Shown: positions 26,848-36,548, counted from the first letter of the stretch. The stretch is 46,270 nucleotides of DNA from Candidatus Subterrananammoxibius californiae (GCA_030586555.1 JAURAC010000012.1:32428-78697), one strand, 5' to 3'. A program made the numbers and translations. Notes: a model not told the origin generated them from the letters alone.

Positions 26848-27372
26848 ATGTACGTTTATAGCCGAACTTATAATAGTTATAGTTCATACGGTCTCGCACT
26901 GCAGAAAATAGATAGATTGCAGGAACGGTTACAAAGAAAAGTAAATAGTGCCGAAGAAAAACTGCAAAGGCAAAAGGCAAATGAAGCACAGGACAGGGAT
27001 AAACAGAATAAGCCTGTGAAACCTGAAAGCGCCGAGAGTATAAAGTCAAGCCTTCTGGGCGATTTAATATTTAATCCCGGTGGCGCTGCGCAGGGAACCT
27101 ATGTGGAAATCCTGGCTGACGGAGTCCAGAAGGGAGGAACTGGAACGTATTTGGACATTCTTGGTAGCGGAGATACCGGTGGTGTAAGTACGATGGATGT
27201 TCTTGCAGGAACACAAGGTGGCAACCTTATAAATATTGTAACTGGTATATCCACGGGACCGTCAGTAATCCAGTCACCAACGGTATCAAGCCAAATACAA
27301 GACCCATTAGCAGGTGTAGTAGCAAAAAACATGCTGAAACAAATAGGTTCAAAGGTGGATATAAAAGTATGA
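26848..27372 (+). CDS. Hypothetical protein: coiled coil plus repeated G-x-x-hydrophobic-D-I motifs and a YjfB-like C-terminus
   Basis: Ends VAKNMLKQIGSKVDIKV*; start moved from TTG 26818 (inside a repeat) to ATG 26848. Confidence 0.6.
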   Translation: MYVYSRTYNSYSSYGLALQKIDRLQERLQRKVNSAEEKLQRQKANEAQDRDKQNKPVKPESAESIKSSLLGDLIFNPGGAAQGTYVEILADGVQKGGTGTYLDILGSGDTGGVSTMDVLAGTQGGNLINIVTGISTGPSVIQSPTVSSQIQDPLAGVVAKNMLKQIGSKVDIKV

Positions 27373-27771
27373 TTTTTGTGGTGGCAGGGCACTTCTGTCT
27401 CTATTTTAAACCTTAATACACTATGTGCAAGAAGGCAACTATGTATCAGGTTAGTATATCATGTGTCTTTCGTAGAAGAATTTTGTTTTTCGTTCAGTTA
27501 TGGCTGTATATTTTTAGGTTTCCTCAGAAACTCATGGCTAACTTATTCGATGAAATATTTTAGAAGTTAGCATCTCTTACCCGAATCCCGATGGGGGAAC
27601 AGTTGCAGTCCTCCATTTCCATTTCTTCTACAAACCATCACTCCCCTCAAGATATTCCTTAACAAGACATTCATGCGCTTACTGTCATCTATGAAAAAGT
27701 TGTGCAAATACTTTTTAGAACCACCCATCTATTTTAATTAGATACAACGAATTGTGCCCCTACATATTTTT

Positions 27772-28662
27772 CTATCGTGTGTATTGCAGAAATGCTTCTG
27801 GCAGGGCATCAAGGATATCGGAGGCGATCATCGAGATTTCACCTTTCTCTTTGGCTGCAATATCGCCGGCAAAACCGTGCAGATAAACGCTTAGTTGCGT
27901 AGCCTCAAACCCTATAAGGGCAGGTTTAAAACCTGCCCCTACTGCCTGTCCAATCAGTCCACCAATCATTCCAGTAAGCACATCCCCTGAACCAGCGGTA
28001 GCCATGCCGGGATTGCCCGTCTTGTTTATATAGTAACAGTTTTTGTCTATAACAAGGGTGTTAAAGCCTTTTAATACCAGGATTACATTTTCTCTTGGTT
28101 TAACAAATTGTCGGGCAATTTCAAGGCGATTCTTTTGCACATCCCCAGCGCTTTGTAATCCGACGAGACGAGCCATCTCTCCCGGATGCGGGGTAAGTAC
28201 AATATTTTCTTTTATCCTATTAAGAACGTCAACATTTCCAACAAGTGCATTTATGCCGTCTGCATCGAGGACTATGGGTTTATTAATCTGTTCGAGTAGT
28301 TGTAAAATCAAATGCTTTGTGTCTGGATGTTGTGAGAGACCCGGTCCCATTACAACAACGTCATAGTTTTCGATTAAATCAAGGATAACGTTCTTTGCAT
28401 CCTTTGATAGGGTTTTAGCGTTTGTTTCTGGCAAAGGGCGAGTCATGACGCAGGTTAATTTTGATGCCATTATAGGATTGAGGCTTTCAGGGATACCGAG
28501 TGTAACAAGCCCAGTGCCTGAGCGTAAAACTGCTTTGGCGCAAAGATACGCTGCGCCTGTCATACCAACAGAACCGGCAAGCACAAATACACGACCGTAA
28601 TCACCCTTGTGGGTATCAGGTATTCGTGAGGGAATTTTCGGTAGTTTCTTTATCTGGCGCAT
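27772..28662 (-). CDS. nnrD: ADP-dependent NAD(P)HX dehydratase
   Basis: HKGDYG, GAAYL, GPGL, LDADGIN, LTPHPGEMARL, MATAGSGDVLTG. Confidence 0.93.
   Translation of the reverse strand: MRQIKKLPKIPSRIPDTHKGDYGRVFVLAGSVGMTGAAYLCAKAVLRSGTGLVTLGIPESLNPIMASKLTCVMTRPLPETNAKTLSKDAKNVILDLIENYDVVVMGPGLSQHPDTKHLILQLLEQINKPIVLDADGINALVGNVDVLNRIKENIVLTPHPGEMARLVGLQSAGDVQKNRLEIARQFVKPRENVILVLKGFNTLVIDKNCYYINKTGNPGMATAGSGDVLTGMIGGLIGQAVGAGFKPALIGFEATQLSVYLHGFAGDIAAKEKGEISMIASDILDALPEAFLQYTR
27917..27942. repeat. GTAG REP in frame in nnrD
   Basis: AGGGCAGGTTTAAAACCTGCCCCTAC, read as VGAGFKPAL. Confidence 0.9.
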
Positions 28663-28685
28663 AATAAGTGAAATTCTCTGGTTGC

Positions 28686-29444
28686 TTACGAAATTTTTGC
28701 TTCCTGATTAATGAGTGATGCTACATAGCCTGCGCCAAAGCCGTTGTCTATATTTACGACTGCGACGCCTGCTGCGCAGCTATTTAACATGGTAAGTAAA
28801 GGCGCTATGCCGAGAAAGCTTGCGCCGTAACCAACACTTGTCGGTACTGCAATTACGGGTCGTTCTACCAGTCCGCCGACCACGCTTGCCAAGGCACCCT
28901 CCATCCCTGCCACGACAATTATCACATTAGCCCGTAAAAGTTCTTTATGGCTTTTAAACAGCCTGTGGATGCCAGCAACGCCAACATCGTAAAGCGTTTC
29001 TACCCTGTTTCCCATAATCTCTGCCGTTACCCTCGCTTCTTCCGCAACTGGAATGTCAGATGTGCCAGCAGAAATAATTAATATCAGTCCCTTTTGTATC
29101 TTGAGGTGGGTTTTCTTTATTGTAATTGTTTTAGCCAGTTCATTAAACTGGGCATCGGGATACCTTTCAAGTATTGCCTTATATATTGCTTCGTTAGCCC
29201 GTGTGGCAAGGAGGTCACTGCCACCTTTAAGTATTTGCCCTGCAATCTCGATTATTTGCTTAGTCGTTTTACCCTGACAAAAAATCACTTCTGGAAATCC
29301 ACAACGAATAGACCTGTGGGCATCCACCTTTGCAAAGCCGAGGTCGCTAAACGGCAGAGATTTTAAGCGCTTAAGCGCCCCCTCAACCGTAATCTTACCC
29401 TCTTTGACCTTTTTAAGTAAGTCCTTAACTATGCTAATATCCAT
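28686..29444 (-). CDS. larB: Nickel-pincer cofactor biosynthesis protein LarB
   Basis: FAKVDAHR, PEVIFCQGKT, AGTSDIPVAEEA, DVGVAGIHRL, AGMEGALASV, NIDNGFGA. Confidence 0.92.
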   Translation of the reverse strand: MDISIVKDLLKKVKEGKITVEGALKRLKSLPFSDLGFAKVDAHRSIRCGFPEVIFCQGKTTKQIIEIAGQILKGGSDLLATRANEAIYKAILERYPDAQFNELAKTITIKKTHLKIQKGLILIISAGTSDIPVAEEARVTAEIMGNRVETLYDVGVAGIHRLFKSHKELLRANVIIVVAGMEGALASVVGGLVERPVIAVPTSVGYGASFLGIAPLLTMLNSCAAGVAVVNIDNGFGAGYVASLINQEAKIS

Positions 29445-29489
29445 AAAAAATTCCTAACGGAAGATGTGAGATATAAGACGAATAGACGT

Positions 29490-29669
<180 letters not shown>

Positions 29670-29738
29670 TTATACCGTTTTCTTATACTCTCATTAAGTA
29701 TACCCTAAACAGAATGATATGTGCCTCTTCTGTTATGC

Positions 29739-29780
29739 TACTTATAGTCTGTAGACATATTGTCTACACCTGTTGATAAT
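29739..29780 (+). promoter_or_regulatory. C-box operator pair and -10 element for a leaderless C-protein transcript
   Basis: TACT-TAT-AGTC-TGTA-GACA-TAT-TGTC (PvuII/Esp1396I-type architecture); GATAAT ends 8 nt before the ATG; no SD. Confidence 0.8.
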
Positions 29781-29788
29781 AGCAAAAA

Positions 29789-30013
29789 ATGCAATCAAAA
29801 GCAAATGACCTTGAAACTTTTGGAACAAACGTAAGACGCATAAGAGAAGCACTGGGTATTTCCCAAGAGGAACTCGCCTACCGTGCTGGTCTCCATCGCA
29901 CATATATCGGAGGTATTGAACGTGGAGAACGTAACCTCAGTCTAATCAATATTGTCAGATTGGCACGGGCCCTTGGAACTAAGTCATCAGAACTTTTCCG
30001 AGGGATCAAATGA
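29789..30013 (+). CDS. Restriction-modification controller (C) protein, HTH-XRE
   Basis: GISQEELAYRAGLHRTYIGGIERGERNLSL; C-boxes upstream; ATGA overlap with the REase. Confidence 0.9.
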   Translation: MQSKANDLETFGTNVRRIREALGISQEELAYRAGLHRTYIGGIERGERNLSLINIVRLARALGTKSSELFRGIK

Positions 30014-30612
30014 GTTCTAAAAGTTCCCCATACCAAGGCTTATCACCTAGACAATGGATGCAAAAGACCCAAGCGTTAATTCGTGCTCATCCTCTAAATA
30101 CTGATGAAGCAGTAGAAATTGTCCTTAAGGTTTGGGATGAGATAATGACATCAGCCATTGGAAGCAAGCCGTTCAAAATAGGAATAGATTTGCTTCCTAA
30201 GCCACAAATAATGGCTTTTTTCCTTCACGAACTTATCCCATTGGAACTTGCTACTCGTCATCCAAAGATCTGGCGAGGGGACAAATCGGCAGACGAAAAG
30301 GACCTTGTATACATACCTGATCAGTCGTTCTCCGTAGAAATAAAAACTTCCTCACACCCAACACAGATTTTTGGAAACCGAAGTTTCGCACAAAAGCCTG
30401 CGACAGCTAAGAAAAGCAAGTCTGGTTACTGCCTTGCCATAAACTTTGAGAAGTTCAGTCCTACCAATACCAACCCGAAGATAACTCGAATTCGATTTGG
30501 GTGGTTGGACCATGAGGACTGGACTGGACAAAAGGCACCTACAGGGCAACAAGCACGACTCTCTGCAGACGTTGAGAAGTACAAACTTCTTCAACTATAC
30601 TCTTGCGAATAG
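30010..30612 (+). CDS. Type II restriction endonuclease, ScaI-like
   Basis: SPYQGL..W…HPL, PQIMAFFLHELIP, EKDL…SVEIKTSS (PD-(D/E)xK core), FGNRS, RFGWLDHEDW; family recognised from memory. Confidence 0.75.
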   Translation: MSSKSSPYQGLSPRQWMQKTQALIRAHPLNTDEAVEIVLKVWDEIMTSAIGSKPFKIGIDLLPKPQIMAFFLHELIPLELATRHPKIWRGDKSADEKDLVYIPDQSFSVEIKTSSHPTQIFGNRSFAQKPATAKKSKSGYCLAINFEKFSPTNTNPKITRIRFGWLDHEDWTGQKAPTGQQARLSADVEKYKLLQLYSCE

Positions 30613-31488
30613 CTTTCCCTGAGCGTCTTCTGCTGCCTTCTTTTTCAGGTATTTGTCTATTCTCATCGCTGCTATCTCTACATAATCTGGTCTAGTTTCA
30701 AATCCAAATACGGGTCTAAAATTACGAAGACACGCTTCAGCAGTGGAACCAGACCCCATAAATGGATCCATGACTAATTCACCTTTATTGCTGCATGCCT
30801 TTACTATCCTGTCGACCACAGCAATAGGAAACTGTGCTGGGTGATTAGTACGTTCCTTGGAAGCTCGGTTTGTACCGGAAGTTACTTTTGGAAACTGCCA
30901 AACATCGGTCGGATTCTTACCTAAGGGATTGCATTTGAGCTTTCCGTGTTTCTTTTGATTAAGGTATTTGACATTTTTGTCCCGAATGTCCTCAAGATTG
31001 AACGTGTAATTGTAGGGGTCCTTTACACACCATAGAAATTTTTCATTGCGAGGTGAAAAAGACCTTCTTGCTGCCACTCCTGCTCCGTAATTCCAGACCA
31101 CTTCTTGGATAATGTAGAAAGGAATATGATCCCATAGGAAATAAGGAATAGGCAACGACTTTGCCTTTTCGGGTACTTCTAAGTAACCCAAATTTAGCCA
31201 GAAAGCACCCTGAGGAGATGTTATTCGATAGACCTCATTTATCCACGATTCACACCAATTGAGATATTCTTCCAGTTCCATCCGTTTTTCATATTCCTTC
31301 CCTATATTGTAAGGAGGACTCGTTACTGTTAGAGAGACTATGGAATTGGGAAGCTTTTTCAAGAATTCTAAACAGTCGCCACAATAGATACGAACACCTG
31401 AACAACTAAATGAGGCTTCGCCTATAATTGACGTGAGAACATCCAAAGATGTTCCTTTCGATATGGAAATAGTTACTTTATCATTCAT
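30595..31488 (-). CDS. N4-cytosine (N4/N6 family, beta class) DNA methyltransferase
   Basis: TSPPYN, HPAQFP, DPFMGSGST; convergent with the REase; start moved to ATG 31488. Confidence 0.92.
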   Translation of the reverse strand: MNDKVTISISKGTSLDVLTSIIGEASFSCSGVRIYCGDCLEFLKKLPNSIVSLTVTSPPYNIGKEYEKRMELEEYLNWCESWINEVYRITSPQGAFWLNLGYLEVPEKAKSLPIPYFLWDHIPFYIIQEVVWNYGAGVAARRSFSPRNEKFLWCVKDPYNYTFNLEDIRDKNVKYLNQKKHGKLKCNPLGKNPTDVWQFPKVTSGTNRASKERTNHPAQFPIAVVDRIVKACSNKGELVMDPFMGSGSTAEACLRNFRPVFGFETRPDYVEIAAMRIDKYLKKKAAEDAQGKLFARV

Positions 31489-31495
31489 GCTACCT

Positions 31496-31524
31496 ATAGT
31501 ATTCATTTCTATTCTTTGTGTCAA
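31496..31524 (-). promoter_or_regulatory. sigma70 promoter of the methyltransferase (leaderless)
   Basis: TTGACA-N17-TACTAT on the minus strand with the ATG 7 nt downstream; the ORF-track TTG start is the -35 box. Confidence 0.7.
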
Positions 31525-31737
31525 GCATAAAAGTTAATCTTGTAGGGCTAAAATGTTTAATTAGGATGCAGACAACCCATTCATCTTCCAAGCGAAATTT
31601 GGAATGTGGCTTAAAGCCCTTAAGGTATTGCTTCTACATTAAGGCTTGCAAAGTCCTTTTGCATGTATTTGTGGCAAGCAATGCCGGCAAAAATGTCGTA
31701 TTCTACCGCTACTTGTTTCTTATGAACCTTCTTTTAG

Positions 31738-31788
31738 CTAATAAACTTCATCATCCGTCCCAATTTCTATTAGGAATATGTCGTCTTC
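31738..31788 (-). pseudogene. C-terminal remnant of a YafQ/RelE-type toxin
   Basis: Reads EDDIFLIEIGTDDEVY*, matching the typical IGTHDEVY* terminus; the rest of the gene is missing. Confidence 0.7.
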
Positions 31789-32066
31789 TCGTTTACCTGA
31801 CGGCAGGCATAGGCACAGGTAAAGGTAAAGGATTCTTTTTCTTTACCTTTACCTGATTTGGAAAACTCACGCATAAAGTCATCCACTGTACCTCGTCTAA
31901 CCTCGCCTCGCACATATTCCTTCTTTGCCTTTTTAATACTCTGGGCAAGTCTATCCCTTTGCTCCTCTATTAAACGATTTCTAACAATCTCAATTAGTGA
32001 TTCTCTTTGCTCTTTGGGCAAGGATTCAATACTCTCAAGAACCTTACTAAAAGTAATACCTTTCAT
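31770..32066 (-). CDS. Putative antitoxin of a decayed type II TA pair, with a repeat-derived C-terminal extension
   Basis: FSKVLESIESLPKEQRESLIEIV…EYVRGEVRRGTVDDFMRE; strong SD; runs on into GKGKEKESFTFT. Confidence 0.6.
   Translation of the reverse strand: MKGITFSKVLESIESLPKEQRESLIEIVRNRLIEEQRDRLAQSIKKAKKEYVRGEVRRGTVDDFMREFSKSGKGKEKESFTFTCAYACRQVNEKTTYS
31791..31855. repeat. Hexamer-periodic inverted repeat (AGGTAA)
   Basis: CAGGTAAAGGTAAAG (31816-31830) and CTTTACCTTTACCTG (31841-31855) form a perfect 15-bp IR, preceded by AGGCAT AGGCAC. Confidence 0.8.
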
Positions 32067-32151
32067 CTTCTCTCACCCCCCTCCTAACCGTACGTGGCAA
32101 AATTATACAACCAGCGTCTGCAACTTACATCAAAAATAATTACCTATTTTC

Positions 32152-33153
32152 TCAAGGTATCGCTTCTACGTCAAGGCTTGCGAAGTCCTTTTTAAGGTAT
32201 TTGTGGTATGCAAGCCCGGCGACCATTGCGGCGTTGTCGGTGCAGAGGCGTAGAGAGGGGTAATAAAAAGGTACACTCCTGGCACTTGCCGCTTCTTGTA
32301 ACTTATAACGAAGTCTTGAATTTGCCGCAACGCCGCCACCTATGATTATCCCTTTAGCCTTATTTTTTTCAAGGGCTAATAGTGTTTTATCTATGAGGAC
32401 GTCTATTACAGCCTCCTGAAAGCTGGCTGCAAGGTCGGCAACATCCTGGGTGCTGAACCTGCGGTGTGTTTGCATGTCCTTACCATAGCAGTGATACAAT
32501 ACCGAGGTCTTTAATCCGCTAAAACTAAAGTCTAACGAATCCTTTTCAATGTATGCACGGGGAAAAGGAACGGCATCGGGATTGCCCGTCCGTGCAACAT
32601 TATCAATGTAAGGACCCCCTGGATAGCCCAATTCAAGGAGCTTTGCCACCTTGTCAAAGGCTTCCCCTGCTGCGTCATCTATTGTGCCACCGAGTAAGGC
32701 ATGGTTCGTTACACCTTGCGTCAGGAAAAGTGTTGTATGTCCACCTGACACTATAAGGCTAACGACGGGATACTGAATATTTTCATGTTCAAGATGACTG
32801 GCATAGATATGTCCATGGAGATGGTTGACCGCTACGAGGGGAACATCCAGCACCCATGCAATGGATTTTGCAGCGGTAAGACCTATAAGTAAAGCGCCAA
32901 TCAGTCCGGGTGTGTTTGTAGCAGCAATTGCATCAAGGTCTTTTAAGTTTACACCTGCATCAGTCAGGGCACTGTTTATTACAGGTATTATGGAATCAAG
33001 ATGTGCACGACAGGCTATTTCAGGCACTACGCCCCCAAATCTAAGGTGTAATGCATCCTGTGAGGCAATGATGTTTGAGCGAATTATTTTGCCGTCTTCT
33101 ACCACCGCAGCAGACGTGTCATCACACGATGTCTCAATGCCAAGGATTAACAT
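32152..33153 (-). CDS. tsaD: tRNA N6-adenosine threonylcarbamoyltransferase
   Basis: LGIETSCDDT, GGVVPEIA, VNHLHGH, VSGGHT, DDAAGEAFDK, TDNAAM. Confidence 0.97.
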   Translation of the reverse strand: MLILGIETSCDDTSAAVVEDGKIIRSNIIASQDALHLRFGGVVPEIACRAHLDSIIPVINSALTDAGVNLKDLDAIAATNTPGLIGALLIGLTAAKSIAWVLDVPLVAVNHLHGHIYASHLEHENIQYPVVSLIVSGGHTTLFLTQGVTNHALLGGTIDDAAGEAFDKVAKLLELGYPGGPYIDNVARTGNPDAVPFPRAYIEKDSLDFSFSGLKTSVLYHCYGKDMQTHRRFSTQDVADLAASFQEAVIDVLIDKTLLALEKNKAKGIIIGGGVAANSRLRYKLQEAASARSVPFYYPSLRLCTDNAAMVAGLAYHKYLKKDFASLDVEAIP

Positions 33154-33240
33154 AAGAGTTGAGTGTTAAGAGTTGAGAGTTAAAAAATCGCTACTTACAA
33201 ATCACGACCTCCTTCAACAAACTAAAGTTCGTTGTTTACC
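33153..33240. repeat. Heptamer array (TAAGAGT/TGAGAGT) plus a half CAACGAAC-type element
   Basis: TAAGAGT TGAGTGT TAAGAGT TGAGAGT … CTACTTA CAAATCA CGACCTC; TTCAACAAACTAAAGTTCGTTGTTTACC. Confidence 0.7.
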
Positions 33241-33241
33241 A

Positions 33242-34546
33242 TCACCCAGCTTTAAATTGTTTGGAATATATTTGTATTCCCTTCATGACATTGACGGCAC
33301 GCTCAAGTTGTGCATCCACAAATTTTGTCTTTTCAGCATCTTCGCCATCTTTTTGTGGTTGTTGATTTCCACCATTGTTTCTGATATCGCCTACGTTGAC
33401 GCGTGAAAGATGCTCGTGGAGGGCTTTTACTTCAGCAAGTGCAAGTTCAACCTTAATGTCTGGTTCTATACCCAATTCATGAATTGAGGCGCCAGAAGGT
33501 GTGTAATACTTTGCCGTAGTGAGCTTGAGGGCTGATTTTCCTTCTTCAATCGGAATAAGGCTTTGAACGGAACCCTTTCCGAATGTTTTAAGACCCAGAA
33601 GAAGCCCTCTTTTGTGGTCTTTTATTGCGCCTGCAACAATCTCTGATGCGCTGGCGCTCCCATTGTTGACCAATGCTATCAGTGGAAAATCAGGGTAAGT
33701 ATCCTTTCCTTTCGCCATATATATAACGTTTTGTGATTCTTCACGTCCCTTTGTAGAAACAATTACACCTTCTTTAATAAATCTATCAGCTACGGCAACT
33801 GCCGTATCAAGAAGTCCACCAGGATTAAACCTTAAGTCAATTATCAATGCGCTCATTCCTTTATCAAGCAATTCCTTTACAGCGGTATCCATTTCCTGGA
33901 GTGTATTCTCCTGAAAACTGGTTAGAGCAAAGTAACCAATCTTATTGTCTTCGTCAACGATTCTTGCGCCTCGAACACTCTTGACATGAATTATGGCACG
34001 CTCAATGGTTATATCTACAGGGGCAGTATCTCCTTCGTGAAGGACGGTAATTGTAACCTCGGAGCCTGGTTTGCCACGAAGCCTTTTTATCGCACTACGA
34101 ATGGATATGTTCTCGGTAGATTCGTCCTCAATTTTAAGGATTTTATCGCCAATCAGTACCCCAGAATTAAATGCAGGTGAACCAATAATTGGGGTTATGA
34201 CAGTGAGAATTCCATCCTTAACTATAACCTCGATGCCAAGACCTCCAAATTCGCCCTCAGTTTCAATCCTTAACTCCTCAAGCTCCTCAGGGCCAATATA
34301 CTGACTATACGGGTCAAGACCTTCGAGTATGCCACGAAATGCGTTGTGAAGCAAATCCTTCAGGGTAACCTCATCAACATATTTGTCCTTAACCTCTTTA
34401 ACGACCTTTACCAGTTCCTCAAAGTTCAGAAAATAGTTGTCCTCGGTCTGCGCCTGAGGAGGTGGAGGTGTCTGGGCATACGTCCAGCTAAAGCCAAACG
34501 TCAAAACAATAATTAATAAGAAATTAATAAAAGTACGTCTTCGCAT
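33242..34546 (-). CDS. Carboxy-terminal processing protease, S41A (CtpA/Prc family)
   Basis: LDPYS, PDZ GGLGIEV, DLRFNPGG, SASASEI, TFGKGSVQ, GIEPD; signal peptide. Confidence 0.93.
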   Translation of the reverse strand: MRRRTFINFLLIIVLTFGFSWTYAQTPPPPQAQTEDNYFLNFEELVKVVKEVKDKYVDEVTLKDLLHNAFRGILEGLDPYSQYIGPEELEELRIETEGEFGGLGIEVIVKDGILTVITPIIGSPAFNSGVLIGDKILKIEDESTENISIRSAIKRLRGKPGSEVTITVLHEGDTAPVDITIERAIIHVKSVRGARIVDEDNKIGYFALTSFQENTLQEMDTAVKELLDKGMSALIIDLRFNPGGLLDTAVAVADRFIKEGVIVSTKGREESQNVIYMAKGKDTYPDFPLIALVNNGSASASEIVAGAIKDHKRGLLLGLKTFGKGSVQSLIPIEEGKSALKLTTAKYYTPSGASIHELGIEPDIKVELALAEVKALHEHLSRVNVGDIRNNGGNQQPQKDGEDAEKTKFVDAQLERAVNVMKGIQIYSKQFKAG

Positions 34547-34580
34547 TTACATTTCTCCATTCTGTACCGTAAAGAATCCG

Positions 34581-34613
34581 AGAGTTTAAGGGTTCATTAA
34601 ACTCTTAAACTCT
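34581..34613. repeat. Octamer-periodic inverted repeat over the transketolase stop
   Basis: AGAGTTTA AGGGTTCA T TAAACTCT TAAACTCT. Confidence 0.6.
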
Positions 34614-35562
34614 GTAATTGTTGAACCTTTCTTTTGATGACTTGCCTAACGGCGTTAACAATGTCCTGTGCAGTCAAGTGGTAATGTTTAAAGAGCACCT
34701 CTGGTTCACCTGACTGGCCAAAGCGATTATCAATTCCTATAAACTCCATTGGGGTAGGATGCTCCCGTGCTAATATAGCAGCGACTGCGCTTCCTAACCC
34801 CCCATCTAATACGTGCTGTTCAGCGGTGACTATAGCGCCAGTTTCCTTAGCAGCTTTTATTAGAATTTCTTTATCAATTGGTTTTAGTGTGTGCATGTTA
34901 ATAACCGCAGCCTTTATACCTTCATTATCGAGAATACTTGCCGCATCAAGGGCATTAGCTACAAGAGCGCCACATGCTACGATAGTAACATCGTCGCCCT
35001 TTTTGAGTAATATACCACGCCCGATTTTATATTCGTCTTCTGGCTTGGTTATTATAGGAACAGGGGCGCGTCCTAATCGGATGTAAACAGGTCCATTATA
35101 TTCGGAGGCAGCAAATACCGCCTTTCTCGTTTCTACTGCATCGCATGGTTCGATAACCGTCAAGGTTGGGATAGCCCTCGTTATAGCAATATCTTCAATA
35201 GCTTGATGCGACGAACCATCCCCACCGACTGCAACACCACTATGCGTTGCCACTATCTTCACATTAAGGCTACAGTATGTCACCGTATTTCTTATTTGTT
35301 CCCATGCCCTACCAACGGCAAAGATGCAAAATGTACTCACAAATGGTATTTTACCGCATGTTGCCAGACCTGCGGCAGTATTCATCATATTTGCCTCGGC
35401 AACCCCCATATTAAAGAATCTTGTGGGGAATTTCTTGGAGAACTCTGCAGTAGTGGTTGACTTTGATAAGTCTGCGTCGAGTACTACTATATTGGTATTC
35501 TTTTCGCCGAGTTCGAGCAATGCCTTACCATAGGCAACACGAGTGGCTATCTTTTCTGTCAT
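34597..35562 (-). CDS. Transketolase, C-terminal subunit
   Basis: ATRVAYG, LDADLSKST, GVAEANM, DGSSHQAIED, GPVYIRLGR. Confidence 0.93.
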   Translation of the reverse strand: MTEKIATRVAYGKALLELGEKNTNIVVLDADLSKSTTTAEFSKKFPTRFFNMGVAEANMMNTAAGLATCGKIPFVSTFCIFAVGRAWEQIRNTVTYCSLNVKIVATHSGVAVGGDGSSHQAIEDIAITRAIPTLTVIEPCDAVETRKAVFAASEYNGPVYIRLGRAPVPIITKPEDEYKIGRGILLKKGDDVTIVACGALVANALDAASILDNEGIKAAVINMHTLKPIDKEILIKAAKETGAIVTAEQHVLDGGLGSAVAAILAREHPTPMEFIGIDNRFGQSGEPEVLFKHYHLTAQDIVNAVRQVIKRKVQQLQSLRV

Positions 35563-35595
35563 ATTTCATTCCTACCGCCCAGAAAACGGCAGATT

Positions 35596-36429
35596 TTAAC
35601 CTTTTTCAAGCTCAGCAAGCGCCTTTTCGGCTTCCACAGGATTAGGCGCCTTACCGTGCCATTCAACATGGTTTTCCATAAACGACACACCCTTACCTTT
35701 TACAGTCCTGGCAATTATAGCTGTAGGCATCCCTTTGGTTTCTTCTGCCTCATCGTAGGCGTTAAGGATTTGCTGAAAATCGTGTCCATTTATTACTATA
35801 ACATGCCAGCCAAAGGCACGCCATTTATTTGGAATAGGCTCGGGTGACAAAATATCCTTTATAGGTCCATCAATTTGTAATCCATTATTATCAATGATAG
35901 CACAAATATTGTCGAGTTTGTAGTGGCCAGCAGCCATTGCTGCCTCCCAGACCTGCCCTTCTTCAGTTTCGCCGTCTCCCAACATGACATATACCCTGTA
36001 ACTTTTTCCATCTAATCTTCCAGCGAGAGCCATTCCAACACCAACAGATAAGCCCTGCCCCAAAGAACCGCTTGATATTTCTATTCCAGGTGTCCTTTTC
36101 ATATCAGGATGGCCCTGTAACATACTGCCAAATTGTCTTAACGTGTCAAGTTCGCTGACCGGGAAATAGCCCCTTTCTGCCAGTGTTGCATATAAAGCAG
36201 GGCATCCATGCCCTTTTGACAGCACAAATCTATCGCGGTCTTGCCAGTTAGGCTTACGAGGGTCATGATTCAATTTTCCATAATAAAGGGCAACGATAAG
36301 GTCTGTTGCAGAAAGTGAACCCCCAGGATGACCCGACCCTGCCTTTGCTAACATCCTGATAATGTGCTTACGAATTATCCTTGCACGCATTTTGAGTTCT
36401 GAAATATCACGACAAAATGATTGTAGCAT
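35596..36429 (-). CDS. Transketolase, N-terminal subunit
   Basis: SGHPGGSLS, DRFVLSKGH, GSLGQGL, GDGETEEGQVWEA (ThDP motif), WHGKAP. Confidence 0.93.
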   Translation of the reverse strand: MLQSFCRDISELKMRARIIRKHIIRMLAKAGSGHPGGSLSATDLIVALYYGKLNHDPRKPNWQDRDRFVLSKGHGCPALYATLAERGYFPVSELDTLRQFGSMLQGHPDMKRTPGIEISSGSLGQGLSVGVGMALAGRLDGKSYRVYVMLGDGETEEGQVWEAAMAAGHYKLDNICAIIDNNGLQIDGPIKDILSPEPIPNKWRAFGWHVIVINGHDFQQILNAYDEAEETKGMPTAIIARTVKGKGVSFMENHVEWHGKAPNPVEAEKALAELEKG

Positions 36430-36472
36430 ATAAATTCCCAATTATTAAGTGTAATTATCTGTGGGTGAGGGT

Positions 36473-36548
<76 letters not shown>

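Noticed and set aside
27376..27770. Small ORFs or an sRNA between the orphan gene and nnrD
   Set aside because: The 64-aa plus-strand ORF and a roughly 53-aa minus-strand ORF lack recognisable features or a clear SD; no structured RNA could be supported
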